Assembly (NCBI GenBank): GCA_951406725.2
Contig: OX597817.1
Span: 121,148,001 to 121,212,000 of the forward strand
Reading direction: 5' to 3'
DNA length: 64,000 bases
Source of the DNA: Octopus vulgaris
Taxonomy: Eukaryota
A program made the position numbers and the translations under genes. Under the pieces are notes generated by a model. That model made no database searches. It saw only the letters and a program-made list of their open reading frames with translations, and was not told the origin of the DNA. Shown piece by piece: positions 1-13,142 of the stretch (positions are counted from its first letter, which is position 1; each line of letters starts with the position of its first letter).

Positions 1-624
1 TGTCTGTGTGAATATCTGTATGTGTTTGTGTGTGCTCTTGCCTAGACAACATGTGATGGTTGTAAATGAGCATCATTTTCATACAACCAATGTTGTTTCT
101 TTCCAGGTAAAAGCTGGTAACAGGAAGGGCATCTGGCCACAGAAAATCTGCCTCAACAAATTCTGTCTGAGCCATAAGTGTACTGCAACCGAAAAGAAAG
201 TTTGTGGAGGATTGATCTACATCATCATCATCATCATAATTTAACACCAGCTTTTCAACCTTTTTTATCACTTGTGGTACACTTATATTGTTTTCAAAAG
301 TTGGTGGCAGATCTGAGCTAAAAATATAACTAAAAGTATTGGGAAAAATTATACTTAAGTTACACTGCGGTAAACCTAGCATCATCTATATGGCATACTG
401 GTCATGGAGTACTGATGTAGATAAATATGCAACCACAATGCTTGGACATATAATTACGCACAACACAGAGAAAATAGCACTATTAGGCTCTGCATTTATA
501 TTATGTTAACACTTTCAGTACACTAGAAAATACAAATACTAAACCAAACACTGCATGCTTCTTAAGCACACAGAATTGCACACAGTAGTGTAATGAAAAC
601 CTACAATGAAAAGAAGAGTAATAA

Positions 625-835
625 TTGTTTCTAATTTAGGAATAAGGCCTGAGATTTGAGGGCATTCAGGTTTAATTGTTCCCAGTATTTGGATGGTATT
701 TTATTTCAATGAATCACAGCAGGATGAAATGCATCGTTGACCTCAGTTGAATTTGAACTCAGAATACACTGAGTTATAAGAAATATTGCAATGCATTATG
801 TTTGATAGTCTACTATTTCTGTGAAACCACTGCTC
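625..835 (-). mobile_element. Degenerate tRNA-derived SINE, family 'B' (reverse copy)
   Basis: Reverse complement of the family motif gagttcaaatt...ctttcatcct...taccag seen in + copies at 2813, 3738, 35993 and 51823. Confidence 0.6.
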
Positions 836-1047
836 TTATAACAACAACAACAACAACAACTCTGTTACACATGTAAATTTTTTCTCTTTTTCATTTTCTC
901 TTTTTTTCCTTATAATTTTACTTTGTAAATGAACAATCTGGTGTGTTTATTTTACGGCCCTATTAATCTATACAGTGAGTTTCTTTGCACTGGGTATCAG
1001 GAAGACACTTGGCAAGAAATGGAAACAAAACTGAAAGAAGAAAAACT

Positions 1048-1057
1048 AATAATGATG

Positions 1058-1133
<76 letters not shown>

Positions 1134-1148
1134 CAACAACAACAACAA
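1048..1148. repeat. (AAT)n/(AAC)n microsatellite
   Basis: Direct reading; source of the poly-I/N/L ORFs at 929-1237. Confidence 0.95.
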
Positions 1149-1149
1149 T

Positions 1150-1270
1150 GGTTTCAAATTCAGCCACTAGAGCAACTGGTACTTATTTTGTCGACCCTGA
1201 AAGGATGAAAGTTAAAATCAATCTCATCGGAATTTGAACTCATAATGTAGTGGCAGATGAATGCCACTTT
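1150..1270 (-). mobile_element. Partial SINE family B
   Basis: ctggtacttattttgtcgaccctgaaaggatgaaag...gaatttgaactc is the reverse of the family core. Confidence 0.7.
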
Positions 1271-1271
1271 A

Positions 1272-1312
<41 letters not shown>

Positions 1313-1324
1313 TAATAATAATAC

Positions 1325-1865
1325 CAGGCAGTGGTTCTCATGGCTTCTGATCTTAACTGATTGGAAGTGTTATCATGTACATTGTTTTGTCTTGGTATAA
1401 AAGATGGGCTACAGCAAATATTCTGCACAGTACCACAGAGTTGCTTGTCAGTTGTTTGATCTTAACCAGTTGAGCATGTTTCTTAGTGGCTGATGATATG
1501 TGCATCCCTGATCACAAGCTGATGTTGTGGGGGAGCATCATGACCATGTGTTGAGAGGAAGTCTTTGGGGTTTTGGATAATTAACCTTTGGAGATATGGG
1601 TGTTTCATTGAACATCCTTAAACAACTCTTATTCAGGGACCTTTTGAGTGGGATGGGCTACTCAACCTGAAGAAAATTCTAACTGGGCCCCACTGCAACG
1701 TCATGCACTGCCTATCTTGATATGAGATCGCCATGTCACGCACATATGGCTGTGATGCATGTGCCTGTTGTACCCTTATCAGAATGGGTAGTCATGATAG
1801 GTATATTGGGTTTCATATATTTTACTCCAGGGTCACTCTGATGGCATGCACTGCCCTCTCACTCG
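1325..1865 (+). mobile_element. ~540-bp non-coding interspersed repeat flanked by (AAT)n (family 'E')
   Basis: A second copy lies in reverse orientation at ~3045-3570 (e.g. ctcatggcttctga vs tcagaagccatgag); both adjoin AAT/ATT tracts. Confidence 0.75.
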
Positions 1866-1965
1866 ATAATAATAATAATAATAAAAATAATAATAATAAT
1901 ATTAATAATAATAATGATAAAAATAATAATAACAACAACAATAATATTAATAATAATAATAAATC

Positions 1966-1998
<33 letters not shown>

Positions 1999-2012
1999 GT
2001 AATAATAATAAT
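1866..2012. repeat. Imperfect (AAT)n microsatellite
   Basis: Direct reading. Confidence 0.95.
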
Positions 2013-2415
2013 GATTAGCAACAGAAAGTCTTGTAATCATAATTAAAACCTATAATTGGTTTTATTTCAATAGTTTGCCTTCATATAATATTTTACATTA
2101 TATGTTTGAAGGAAAACACTTGTTTTTCATCCAAATACAGACATTTAGTATCGTTAGAATTTAATTAATACTTATCTAAATAGTGTAAACATCAGCCTTT
2201 ATATGGCAAGTGATAAGAAGAAATAAAAGAAGAAAGAAGAGATTTAAGAGAGGAAGGAAAAGAATAAAAGTTGTCAAGACATGAAAAATAAATCTTTCAT
2301 TAATTTATTGTATGTAAAGAATTATTATTATTATTATCCTCATCATCATCATCGTCCGCCTCCTCCTCCTCCACCCCTTCACATCATCATAATAATAATA
2401 ATAATAATAATAATA

Positions 2416-2775
2416 ATTATTATTATTATTATTATTATTATTTCTATTAATATTTTTTGTCTTCTTGAACTTAGGATTGACCTTATTTCTGGTAGACATT
2501 ATGTGGGCAGTGGTTTACTACCTATAACCTTAGATATCCACTTGATTTCAATAGTGCTCAAAAACTTTCTGGTGATCTCCCCTGTTTCTAGGAGACTAAC
2601 CTTCTGTAGAAGCCCTACAGGATACTCAATTTCAGTCTCCTCTATCTCTTTGCCTGTTTCATCTTGCACAGTCCTTAACACACTGAACCTGAGGAAGACA
2701 GACAAAGTATTGAATTATTTTTCAATCCAATATACAGCGTCAATATTTTTCCTAAATTGTATCACACTCTTCTTT
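2416..2775 (-). mobile_element. 3' end of an R4/Dong-like (restriction-like endonuclease) non-LTR retrotransposon, decayed
   Basis: ORF 2499-2705(-) contains LQKVSLLETGEITRKFL, resembling the C-terminal 'QK..LLGT..I.R..L' motif of RLE elements; followed on the minus strand by a (TAA)n tail. Confidence 0.5.
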
Positions 2776-2812
2776 TCTTATCATCATCATCATCATCATC
2801 ATTATTATTATT

Positions 2813-3030
2813 AAGGTGGTGAGCTAGTAGAATCATTTACATGCTGGACAAAATACTTGGTGCCATTTTGTCTTTGTATTCTGAGTTCAAATTAGGTCAA
2901 GGTGGACTTTGCCTTTCACCCTTTTGGAGTTAATTAAATAAGTACTAGTTGAGCGCTGGGGTTGATGTAATCAACCTATTTCATCCCACTCAAATTACTA
3001 GCCTTGTGCCAAAAATTGGAACCGTTATTA
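2813..3030 (+). mobile_element. SINE family B
   Basis: ggtggtgagctagtagaa head, gagttcaaatt B-box-like motif, gactttgcctttcacccttttgg core, (TTA) tail. Confidence 0.8.
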
Positions 3031-3044
3031 TTAATATGATTATT

Positions 3045-3570
3045 GAGCAAAATAGCAGTGCATGTTATCAAAGTAACACTGGGGTACAAATATTTGAAAC
3101 CCAGTATATGCATCATGACTACCCATCTGATAAGGGTACATCAGATAAATGCATCACAACCATATGTGCATGGTGATTTCTTCTCAAGATAAACAGAGCA
3201 TGACCTTACAAAGAATACTCAAATTCTTCAGGTTGAGTGGTCCATCCCATTCAAAAGGTCTCTGAATAAGGATTGTTTAAGGATGATGAATGAAACTCTC
3301 ATGTTTCCAGAGGTGAATTATTCAAGCCCCAAAGCCTTCCTCTCAATACATGGGCATGATGCTTCCCCCATTGCTTGTGGGCAGTGATGCACATATCAGA
3401 TACTAAGGGAATACTCAATTGGTTATGATCAAGCAATTGAGTAGTAAATCTGTGGTAATGAGCTGAATATTTTACTGTTGCCCATTTTTTACACCAAGAC
3501 AAAACATTTACATGTTGACACTTCCAGTCATTTAAGCTCAGAAGCCATGAGAGCCACTGCTTGGCCATGA
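3045..3570 (-). mobile_element. Family E repeat, reverse copy
   Basis: Reverse-complement similarity to 1325-1865. Confidence 0.75.
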
Positions 3571-3737
3571 GAACAACAACCTTTATTATTTTTATTATTA
3601 TTATCATTATTATAATTATTATCATTATTAATATTATTATCATTATTATTATTATTAATATTATTATTATTATCCTTATTAATATTATTATTATTAATAT
3701 TATTATTAATATTATTATTATCATTATTTCTATTATT

Positions 3738-3950
3738 AAGGCGGTGAGCTGGCAAAATCATTATCAGACTGGATGAAATGCTTAGCGGTATTTTGCCTGT
3801 TGCTACATTACGAGTTCAAATTCCACCCAGGTCAACTTTGCCTTTCATCTTTTCGGGGTCGATAAATTAAGTACCAGTGAAACACTGGGGTCAGTGGAAT
3901 CGACTTAATCCTCTCCACTAAACTGCCCTAGTGGCAAAAATTTGAAATCA
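3738..3950 (+). mobile_element. SINE family B
   Basis: ggcggtgagctggcaaaa...gagttcaaattcc...ctttgcctttcatcttttcggggtcgataaattaagtaccag. Confidence 0.85.
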
Positions 3951-4029
3951 TCATCATCATCATCATCATTATCACTATTATCATTATTATTATTATTTTC
4001 CAACAGTAAAGCTTCTGAACAAGGCAGTA

Positions 4030-5930
4030 TTCTCATAGAAGTGTACAAGTTTGGTGGTAGTCATCTTGTAAGAAAGCTGTGCAAATTGATGATTTTGATC
4101 TGGGAAACTGGATCTGTTCAAATATGCATCTATAATGCACTTCCACAAAAACAAAGGGTGTATGTGATAAACACAGCAGAATAAGTTGCTTGTGCATAGT
4201 TGGAAAAATTATTGTGAGTGTGATTCTTAACCACATCAATAAGCATCTAAATAAATTGCATGTATTCTGAATCCCAATGTGAATTTCAGGCTGGGAAAAG
4301 CATGGCTGATATGATTTTTGCTCTTAGGCAAGTCCAAGAAAGAGCACTTGAGCAAAATACTGACTTGTACATGGCCTTTGTCAACTTGACCAAGGCATTT
4401 GATACAGAGAATTGAGAGGTGCTTTGGAAGATTTTGCCAAAAGTTGGTCTTCCTGATAAAATAATAAGAGTAACAGTATCTTTGTACAAAGGAACAGTGA
4501 TGTCTAAAAGTCAATGTTCAGAGGTATTTTCTGTTTCCCCTGGTACTAAGCAATGCTGTCTTTTAGCTTACTCTTTTACTTGTTTCAGTCATGTGACTGT
4601 GGCCATGCTGAAGCACCGCCTTTAGTCGAACAAATCGACCCCAGGACTTATTCTCTGTAAGCCCAGTACTTATTCTATCGGTCTCTTTTGTCGAACCACT
4701 AAGTTATGGGGACGTAAACACACCAGCATTGGTTGTCAAGCGATGTTGGGCGGGGACACACACACACATACATATATATACATATGTACGATGGGCTTCT
4801 TTCAGTTTCCGTCTACTAAATCTACTCACAAGGCTTTGGTGGCCCGAGACCATAGTAGAAGACACTTCCCCAAGGTGCCACACAGTGGGACTGAACCCAG
4901 AACCATGTGGTTGGCAAGCAAGCTACTTACCACACAGCAACTCCTGTGCCTATACTTTTTGCCACATTCTTTTCAATGATACTTCAACATGCTTTCAAGG
5001 ATTACCATGAAGGCGTAAAATTTCAGTTTTGTACAGATGGAGGTCAACTAAACCTAAATGGGCAAAACTATGGATCAAAGAATAAAAAAATGCTAGGGCA
5101 GAGATTCTATGCAATTTTGGATTATGCAACATCTGGATTATGAGACTGACACACTACCTACTCTGCTACCACAGCATCCGGTTTACTGATGATTGTACTT
5201 TGATTTCTCATACATTTGAATGAATTCAGGAAATAGTTGATAGGAAGCTTGTGCATTTGGACTGAAGGTTTATTCTAACCAAAGCCTGGGACAGAACATA
5301 CTCAAGATTTATTTGTGATGATTGACAATAAGCCACTCAAATGGATCAGGTCATTTAAATATCTTGGAAGTACACTAAACTGTAAGAGGACTCTTGATAA
5401 TAAAATCAATGTTAGAATATCTAAGGCTATAAATGCTTTTGGAAAACCATTCCATTGTTTGTGAGATGAACATGATGTCAGTTTGAAAAATAAAATAAGT
5501 GTATACAAATCTTATATTTTGAGCACACTTTTGTATGAAGTAAAAGCATGCACTCCCTACTACAGACATACAAAGAAACTTGGAACCTTTCACATACACT
5601 GTCTGTGTAATATCTGCAGCATAAATTGGTAGGACAAGATATGAAATGTCAAAAGTTTAGAAAAACGTGATATCTCCAGGATTGAAAGAATGCTGTAGAG
5701 AATTTAGTGCAGATGGGTAGGACATGTTTGAATCCAAGATGATTGCATTCCAAGAATATTTTAGTGTGGCTGACAAGTAGAGGGATTCCATGGTAAAAGA
5801 AAACCCCCTCCTAAGGTAAGCTGAAACAAACAAAAATTCCTACAGCTTAATTTAAAATGTTGGGTAAGCTATTGCTTAGATTGATCTAACTGGTGTAAAA
5901 TGCTTCATGATGCATCTAAACAATTTGATT
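4030..5930 (+). pseudogene. Decayed RTE-clade LINE reverse transcriptase, split by a SINE
   Basis: Translated motifs MIFALRQVQERALEQNTDLYMAFVNLTKAFD (~4311-4403), GTKQCCLLA|PILFATFFSMIL across the SINE, FKYLGSTL (~5354), RWVGHV (~5711); many stops and frameshifts. Confidence 0.85.
4568..4951 (-). mobile_element. tRNA-derived SINE family 'A' (internal CA/TA microsatellite) inserted in the RTE RT
   Basis: Minus-strand head with A-box-like ttgctgtgtggtaag and B-box-like ggttcagtccc, tail gactgaaacaagtaaaagag; interrupts the RT between CLLA and PILF. Confidence 0.9.
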
Positions 5931-6472
5931 TGAAGTAACAGAAAAATAAAAGAACTTTATCCTGTAATCAATAGAGATATTTAGCGAATCCCCGGCAAAA
6001 TCAAAATCATCATTGTTCTCTCATTATGATTAATCGTTTTCTTTTTTTTTTTAAATCCTTTATTTCAAACACTCATGCATCAGAATTTATGGGAGTGACC
6101 ATCACATTATTATCAGCATCATTATTAGAGGTAGTAGACTGGCAAAAATGGCAGTGTACAGACAAATGCCTTGTAGTATTTAGTGATGGCTCTATATTTT
6201 GATTATAAATCGACTGAGATAACAGTGTTGACATTCATCATTCTGGGATCAATGAAATATAAACCAGCAGAATTTTAAGGTGTATATCATTATCTATATT
6301 AAATTCCTCTCCCAAGAATGTTTGGCCTAGTGCCTATTTTAAAAATTAATTCTACTTACACTACAATCAAATCAACTACACCTGTTACTGCATTAAGTTC
6401 ACCACTTTGGGTTCAGAAACTTAACACTGTTATTTGCAGTATCATAAACATGAATCCACAAAGTATATTGTG

Positions 6473-6510
<38 letters not shown>

Positions 6511-6519
6511 CATACATAC

Positions 6520-6895
6520 ATACACACACTATGTGTGTTTGTGTGTATGTATGTGTTTCTCCCACTTTCAACACTTCTCAACTGGTGTTATTTTCTTTAA
6601 ATCCCCATGACTTAGTGATTCAACAAAGGAGATAAAATCAACTAAGTACTGAACTTAAAAAAATAAGCACTGGGGATGATTCGTTCATCAAAACATTTCA
6701 AGGCATTGCCCCAGTATGGTTGCAGTTTAGGTGAATAAATTACTTCCAGCATTTACTTTTTAAGATTGGTACTAATTTTATTGATCTCTTTTGGTGAACC
6801 ACTAAATTGTGGGGATGTAAACAAACTAACACTGGCTGTCAAGACCTGGAAGGATGAGAAACACTCACATACACACACCAAACTATAAAAGACCC

Positions 6896-6949
<54 letters not shown>

Positions 6950-7120
6950 TATACATATATATATATATATGTATACATACATACATATATATACATATAA
7001 TGGGTTTTGTACAGTTTCTCTCCACTATTTTTTGTCTAAAGGAGACAATAGTAAAGGCATGTACCTGTGGTGCTATACCCAAAACTATGTAGTTGAAAAG
7101 CAAGCTTCTTAACCACAATA
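6520..7120. mobile_element. Two degenerate SINE A fragments in opposite orientations with a (TA)n tract
   Basis: + tail fragment ~6520-6735 and - fragment ~6750-7120 share family motifs. Confidence 0.55.
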
Positions 7121-7951
7121 ACAATATTACAGTGTATGTGTATTTGTGTATTTTAAATGCCTAACATGACTCTACTTTGATGCTATAGTAAAATAATTCT
7201 TTAGCTAAAAGTAAGAGATTTCATTCATCTGTAAACATATCTGTTTTTAATGCAATGAACCATATGCTCCAACTTAATAACAGTTATCCTTCTGCTTAAG
7301 ATATCAATAAAGAAATAATTCCGAAAACAAAAAACAAAAACAGAAAAAAAAGACTAACTTCCCACCACCGCCACCAAAAGAAAAAAAAACCCTGTAAAAA
7401 TACAAAGAATAATTGGAAAGAACAGACTAAGAGAAAAAATAAATACAAATGGTAAATTTTAATGGGTATAGATTTTGTTAGTCCAGCTACAAAAAAGTAT
7501 ATTGATCTATTCCAATGTTTATCTTTAAATTTCTGTTTGTTGTTTCTCTTTAGCTTCATATTAGCCTGGCTCAAGCAGATCAATAGGGATTTAAAAAAAG
7601 GAGTTCTACATTATGACACAGTCAGAAGCAAAAATACTGTCCTGGGGTTTAACTATAATAATAACACTTTTATAATTGTAACACTGATCAACAACAGGCC
7701 AGTGAGGAAATCTTTACATGATCACTCAACTTATTAGAAATAATGGCCAAATCTTCTCAAAGTACATTCTACTGTCTTAGAAAAAAGAAGAGCTCATTAG
7801 TAAACGTAGTCCTAGCTACATTATGTCAGTAAAAAAAAGAGACGTGATGGTTATGACTGAAACATTTTTGATCATTGATCACCTGTAATGAAGAGTTGTA
7901 GTTCAAGAACAACATTGAATACCATAACATACATACATACATATCATCATC

Positions 7952-7989
<38 letters not shown>

Positions 7990-7994
<5 letters not shown>

Positions 7995-8503
7995 TTTAGC
8001 GTCTGCTTTCCATGCTGGCATGGGTTTGATAGCTTGACTGGAACTGGTAAACCAGAGAGCTGCACCAAATTCCAGTCTGATTTGACATGGTTTCTATGGC
8101 TGGATGCCCTTCCTACCAACATATATATGCACTAATCAGTTTCAGTCATTGAACTGTGACCATGCTGAATGGAATACTGTCTTGAAGGGTTTTTAGCTGA
8201 ACAAATCAAGCCCACTCCTTTATTCTATTGGTACTTATTCTATTGGTCTACTTTGCCAAACTGCTAATTTATAGGTGTGTAAACAAACCAACACCGCTTG
8301 CTAAGTGGTAATGGAAGACAGACACACATACATAGATATGCATGCATACACACACATACATGCATGCACGCACACACATCTATACATATATACACACACA
8401 CACAAATATATAAATATTGGTTGGCTTAAGGTTATAGTAGAAGACATTTGCCAAAGTGCTATGCATGGGACTGAAACCATGACCACATGGATTGGAAACA
8501 AAC

Positions 8504-8542
<39 letters not shown>

Positions 8543-9020
8543 TATCCTCATCATCATCATTTAACGTCCGTTTTCCATGCTGGTATGGGTTGGATGGTTT
8601 GGTAGGAGACTGGCAAGCCAGGAGGTGGAGCCAGGCTATAATCTGATCTGGCAAGGTTTCTACAACTAGATGTCCTTCCTAATGCCAACCACTCTGAGTG
8701 TGTAGTAGGTACTTTTTATATACCACCAGCATGGGGGCCAGTCAGGCAGCACTGATATTGATGATGTTCAGATGGTGCATTTTATGTGCCACCAGCACAG
8801 GAGCCAGTGAGCTGGCACTGGCATCAACCCATGTATAAAAGGCACTTATTGCATGTGACCAGCATGGGAGCCAGTCAAGGAGCACTGGCATCGGCCACAA
8901 CTGCAATTTCCATTTTGATTTCGATTTGATTAAGATTCTAATTGGGATTTTGATTTTACTCGACTCAATAGGTCTCCTCAGGCACAGCATGGCACCTGAC
9001 AATTCAAAGGTACTTTGCAA
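7990..9020 (-). mobile_element. Cluster of SINE family 'C' ((GAT)n-tailed) and SINE A fragments
   Basis: catcatcatttaacgtccgttttccatgc...ggatgcccttccta motifs at ~7990 and ~8550; SINE A remnant at 8130-8500. Confidence 0.7.
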
Positions 9021-9974
9021 GTCTGAATGCTTGCAACAGAGTAAACTCTACAGAGGGCACCCAAAATGTTGTGATGGTGTTTAAATGGCTAATATATTTA
9101 GTCTATCATCCATCATCCTCATGAAAATACTAGTTTTGCAAGAGAAAAGAGGAGAATGGAATATAATGACATACCTGCTACAGGGTTCTACTATTTTATT
9201 GGGCTTATGGGAACGAAAGGATTAAGTTTGCCTTTTAAGAGTTATAGATTTGAAACTTGTTAAGAATCATTATAGTCAACTAAATCAATGCTAGGATATA
9301 TGGTTTGTAAATTGAATGTAATTTATTTGAAGCATTATAGAAAACAAAGAAAGATTAATGAGAAAGTCACTACAATGCAGGTGAAAAAAATGGAAATAAA
9401 ACCAATGATTTATAATCTTGCTTTGTTTCAATATTTTCACCAGACAAAGCCCTGTTCATGAACAGAGGTTAGTAGAACCTTGTTCTGATATGCAGAGATG
9501 ATGGAGACAGGGTATGGTTTCAATGTGCAGATTGATAGTAATATGTTAACCAATAAGCACCTAGTGGATATTTTACCAACACTTGAAGAGATAAAACAAC
9601 AAAGTCAACTCCAACAAGATTTTCAAAAAAAATATGGTAAACTGTAAAAAAAAAAAAACTATTGTAAAGCATTTAGTCTAACATTTCTATTTCTGGTGTT
9701 CTGCTATTTTACAAAACAATTGATTAGAAAGCTGAAGACTAATCAACACTTTTTTTTATGGCTGCAGGCATGGCTATGTGGTTATGAAGATCTCTGTGGA
9801 ATCCATTTGTTCCATGTTCAGTCTCATCATATGGCATCTTGGGAAAATGTCTTACTGTTTTCTCAAGTTGATCAATACCTTTTGAGTGATAGTGGGCCAA
9901 CTATAACTTCAGAAAATTGATGTATACATGTGCACATAAATACACACACACACGTTTGTGTATATGTATGTTAA

Positions 9975-10260
9975 TGCTGAGAGCACGCTGGACTGGCTCC
10001 TGTGCAGATGGCACACAAAAAGCACCATTTGAGCGTGGCCGTTGCCAGTACCACCTGACTGACCCTCATGCCGGTGGCACGTAAAAGCACCCACTACACT
10101 CTTGGAGTGATTGGCGTTAGGAAGGGCATTTAGCTGTAGAAACTCTGCCAGATCAGATTGGAGTCTAGTGCAGCCATCTGGTTTGCCAGACCTCAGTCAA
10201 ATCGTCCAACCCATACTAGCATGGAAAGCGGACGTTAAACGATGAGGATGATGATGATGA
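9975..10260 (+). mobile_element. SINE family C 3' part with (GAT)n tail
   Basis: ggcgttaggaagggcat...gcatggaaagcggacgttaaacgatg; close copies at 46988 and 58277. Confidence 0.85.
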
Positions 10261-10549
10261 TAAACAAAATTTATGGCAGAAATGCCTTCTAAATTCATTA
10301 AGTTGACAGCATCACAACAATGCTAGGTTTCTTACAATTATAGCAACACCTGTAACAAATCTTTCTTTTACTCTCTCCTCTATGTATGAAATCACATACT
10401 TTGACTCCATACAGATAATTTTGTATTTCTTCTCCTATGATTAAAAAACTAAGCTTATGAAGACAATTACTTGGACCTTATTTGGACCTTACTGTTTTGT
10501 TAACCCTTTTGATAGCAACCTCTTGAAGATAACCCCTGTTTATATGCTT

Positions 10550-10810
10550 GTAGAGGCATGTAGTTTAGTGGTTAGGATGTTGAACTCATAATTATAAGAT
10601 TGTGGTTTCAATTCCTGGAACAGGTGATGCATTGTGTTCTTCAGCAAAACATGTCATTTCACATTGCTCCAATCCATTTAGATGGCAAAAATGAACAATC
10701 CTGTGACAGAACAGAATCCCATCCAGGCAGGGAATTTATACAACATGGAAGCCAGGAAACCAGCCCTTATGAGATGACATGACTTAAAAAGGTAAATTTA
10801 CCCTTACTTT
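10550..10810 (+). mobile_element. tRNA-derived SINE (family 'F' head, distinct tail), degenerate
   Basis: tagtttagtggttagg A-box, ggtttcaattcc B-box, ttgctccaatccatttag core shared with the 49730 copy. Confidence 0.6.
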
Positions 10811-10952
10811 ACTGTCTACATGCTAGAAAACCTTGAACATTAAAATGACAGGATTTAAACAAGAACTTTCTAATATAATATCATGTAAGAACATTTTGCT
10901 AATTTATGTTCTTAAAACAAAATTAATTGTGACAAAGTCTACAATTTTATTG

Positions 10953-11165
10953 CTTTCAAATTTTGGCTCAAGGCCAGCAATTTTTAAGGAGGTATAAGTT
11001 GATTATATTGATCCTAGTGCTGTGCAGGTACTTATTTTATCAACTCTAAAAGGGTGGATGGCAAAGTCAACCTTGGCAGAATTTGAACTCAGAAAGTAAA
11101 GACGAATGAAATGTCACTAAGCATTTTACCCAGCATGCTAATGATTCTCTTAGCTTGCCACCTTA
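10953..11165 (-). mobile_element. SINE family B
   Basis: Reverse copy; imperfect TSD-like aagtc..aattttatt on both sides. Confidence 0.8.
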
Positions 11166-12259
11166 ACCAAGTCAGTAATTTTATTAAATCCCATTAAATT
11201 CTTGATTATTTTCAAAGCTAATTGAAAGACATAGACAGTGTGCTTTATTAGAATTATGGGGAGATATTCACTTTTAACTCTGGCAAATTTTATATCAATA
11301 TTTTCTCAATAGCTTAGTTCTGTTAAAAATTCTCTTGAGAGTTAAAATAACATATATATCTACATATATTGATTTCTTTTGACTGCTGGAGATATTGATT
11401 TCTCTTTAATATATTTACATATTTAAAAACTACCCCTACTTCATGCACCCCAACCACATTGGAAAAAAAAATTAATAAAAATTTGTTGACCTTCATTTCT
11501 CACATAAAATCTACTTTTGATCTCATAGGAAGGCATCTATCTTGCATGAGAAAAATTTAAGGAGAATTAAATTTCACATCCTCTTTGCAATTGATTGATC
11601 TACTTGAAACAGCAACCAAATCTCCTTTGAATTCCAGCTTACTGTCTTAAAATAACAGGACATACTGGATAAAATAACGAACTTCATTATATGAAAAAAA
11701 GAGAAAAAATACATAACATTGTCATAGCTGGAAGGCCTTTCTTTGGTCATAGGTGTGCTTGATCACACCTGACTTTTATTCAGCTATTGTTGACCTACTG
11801 CTAGATGAAGCCTCAGCATACTATTAACTATGATGGTTGTAGGCCAACCTGTCCACTGACAGAATGTTTCCATGGCTGAACATTTAGCTCTGGTCATTGA
11901 TAGCATGTTGAAATTTGAATTCAAGATTCAAAGAACCAGAATAGATACCATAAGGCATCTCATCCACTGATCTAACATTTCTGCTGATCCACTGTCCTGT
12001 CATAGAATGGTACTTTATCTATTGAGCTTGGATAAAAGAAATGCAAAGTTGTCGTTGATAGGATTCAAACTCTGAGCACCGAGCAATTATTATCTGAGCA
12101 TGGCAAAATTAGAAGGGAAATCGCTTGCTACTATTTTCATTACTGTATAAGCCATTCTCATTCATTCCCATTGCATAAGTACATGAATAGATAGCAAGAA
12201 TCTCACAGCCACTCAAATTTTTTCCTACTTTTCTTTCAAATTATTATTTAGCCCTATAA

Positions 12260-12475
12260 AAGTGGCAAGCTAGCAGAATCATTAGCATGCTGGGCATAAT
12301 GCCTAGTGGCATTTCATCTGTCTTCATGTTCTGAGTTCAAATTCCACTGAGAGTTACTTTATCATTCATCCTTTCAGGGTTGATAAAATAAGTAGCAGTT
12401 GAACACTGGAGTCAATGCAATCAATTTAACTCATTCCCTGAAATTGCTGGCTTTGTGCCAAAATTTGAAACCATT
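12260..12475 (+). mobile_element. SINE family B
   Basis: Family motifs present. Confidence 0.8.
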
Positions 12476-12829
12476 ATTTAGCTGTAGGACAGGTTTGATC
12501 CTGTAGACCTGTAAGCAAAGGCATTCCGATTGTGGCCACCTTGTATTTTCTATGTAATATACTATATTGTTCATTATGCCGAGGTTTTTATTAAAATACA
12601 TAATGTATTTAAGGGAATTTGGTCATTATTTCTAGCAGACCAAGTGTCTCGGAAGAGGCTTCCTTACTGGTTCAGCATGAGGTGTTATATGTACATACAT
12701 ACAAAATCAATATAGAATTAAAGAGAATAAGTAATTACTTATTGTTTAGATTCTAAAAATGGAATCCTGTCATTAATAGTAGACTGATCATATATAAACA
12801 TATATATCTACATAAACACTCACAGACAT

Positions 12830-12831
12830 GT

Positions 12832-12867
<36 letters not shown>

Positions 12868-12929
12868 CTATCTATCTGTCCATTTATCTACCCATCTGTC
12901 TCTCTACGCAATTCATCCATCTATCTGTC

Positions 12930-12964
<35 letters not shown>

Positions 12965-13142
12965 CCTGTCTATCTATCTACCTGTCAATCTATCTATCTA
13001 CCTGTCTATCTACTTGATTGTCTACCTACCTGACTGTCTGTCTGTCTGTTTATCTGCCTATCCATCCATCCATCCATCCATCCATTCATCCATCCATCTA
13101 TCCATCCATCCATCCATCCATCATTCCATCCATCCATCCATC
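12830..13142. repeat. Compound (CA)n-(CTAT)n-(CTGT)n-(CATC)n microsatellite
   Basis: Direct reading. Confidence 0.9.
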
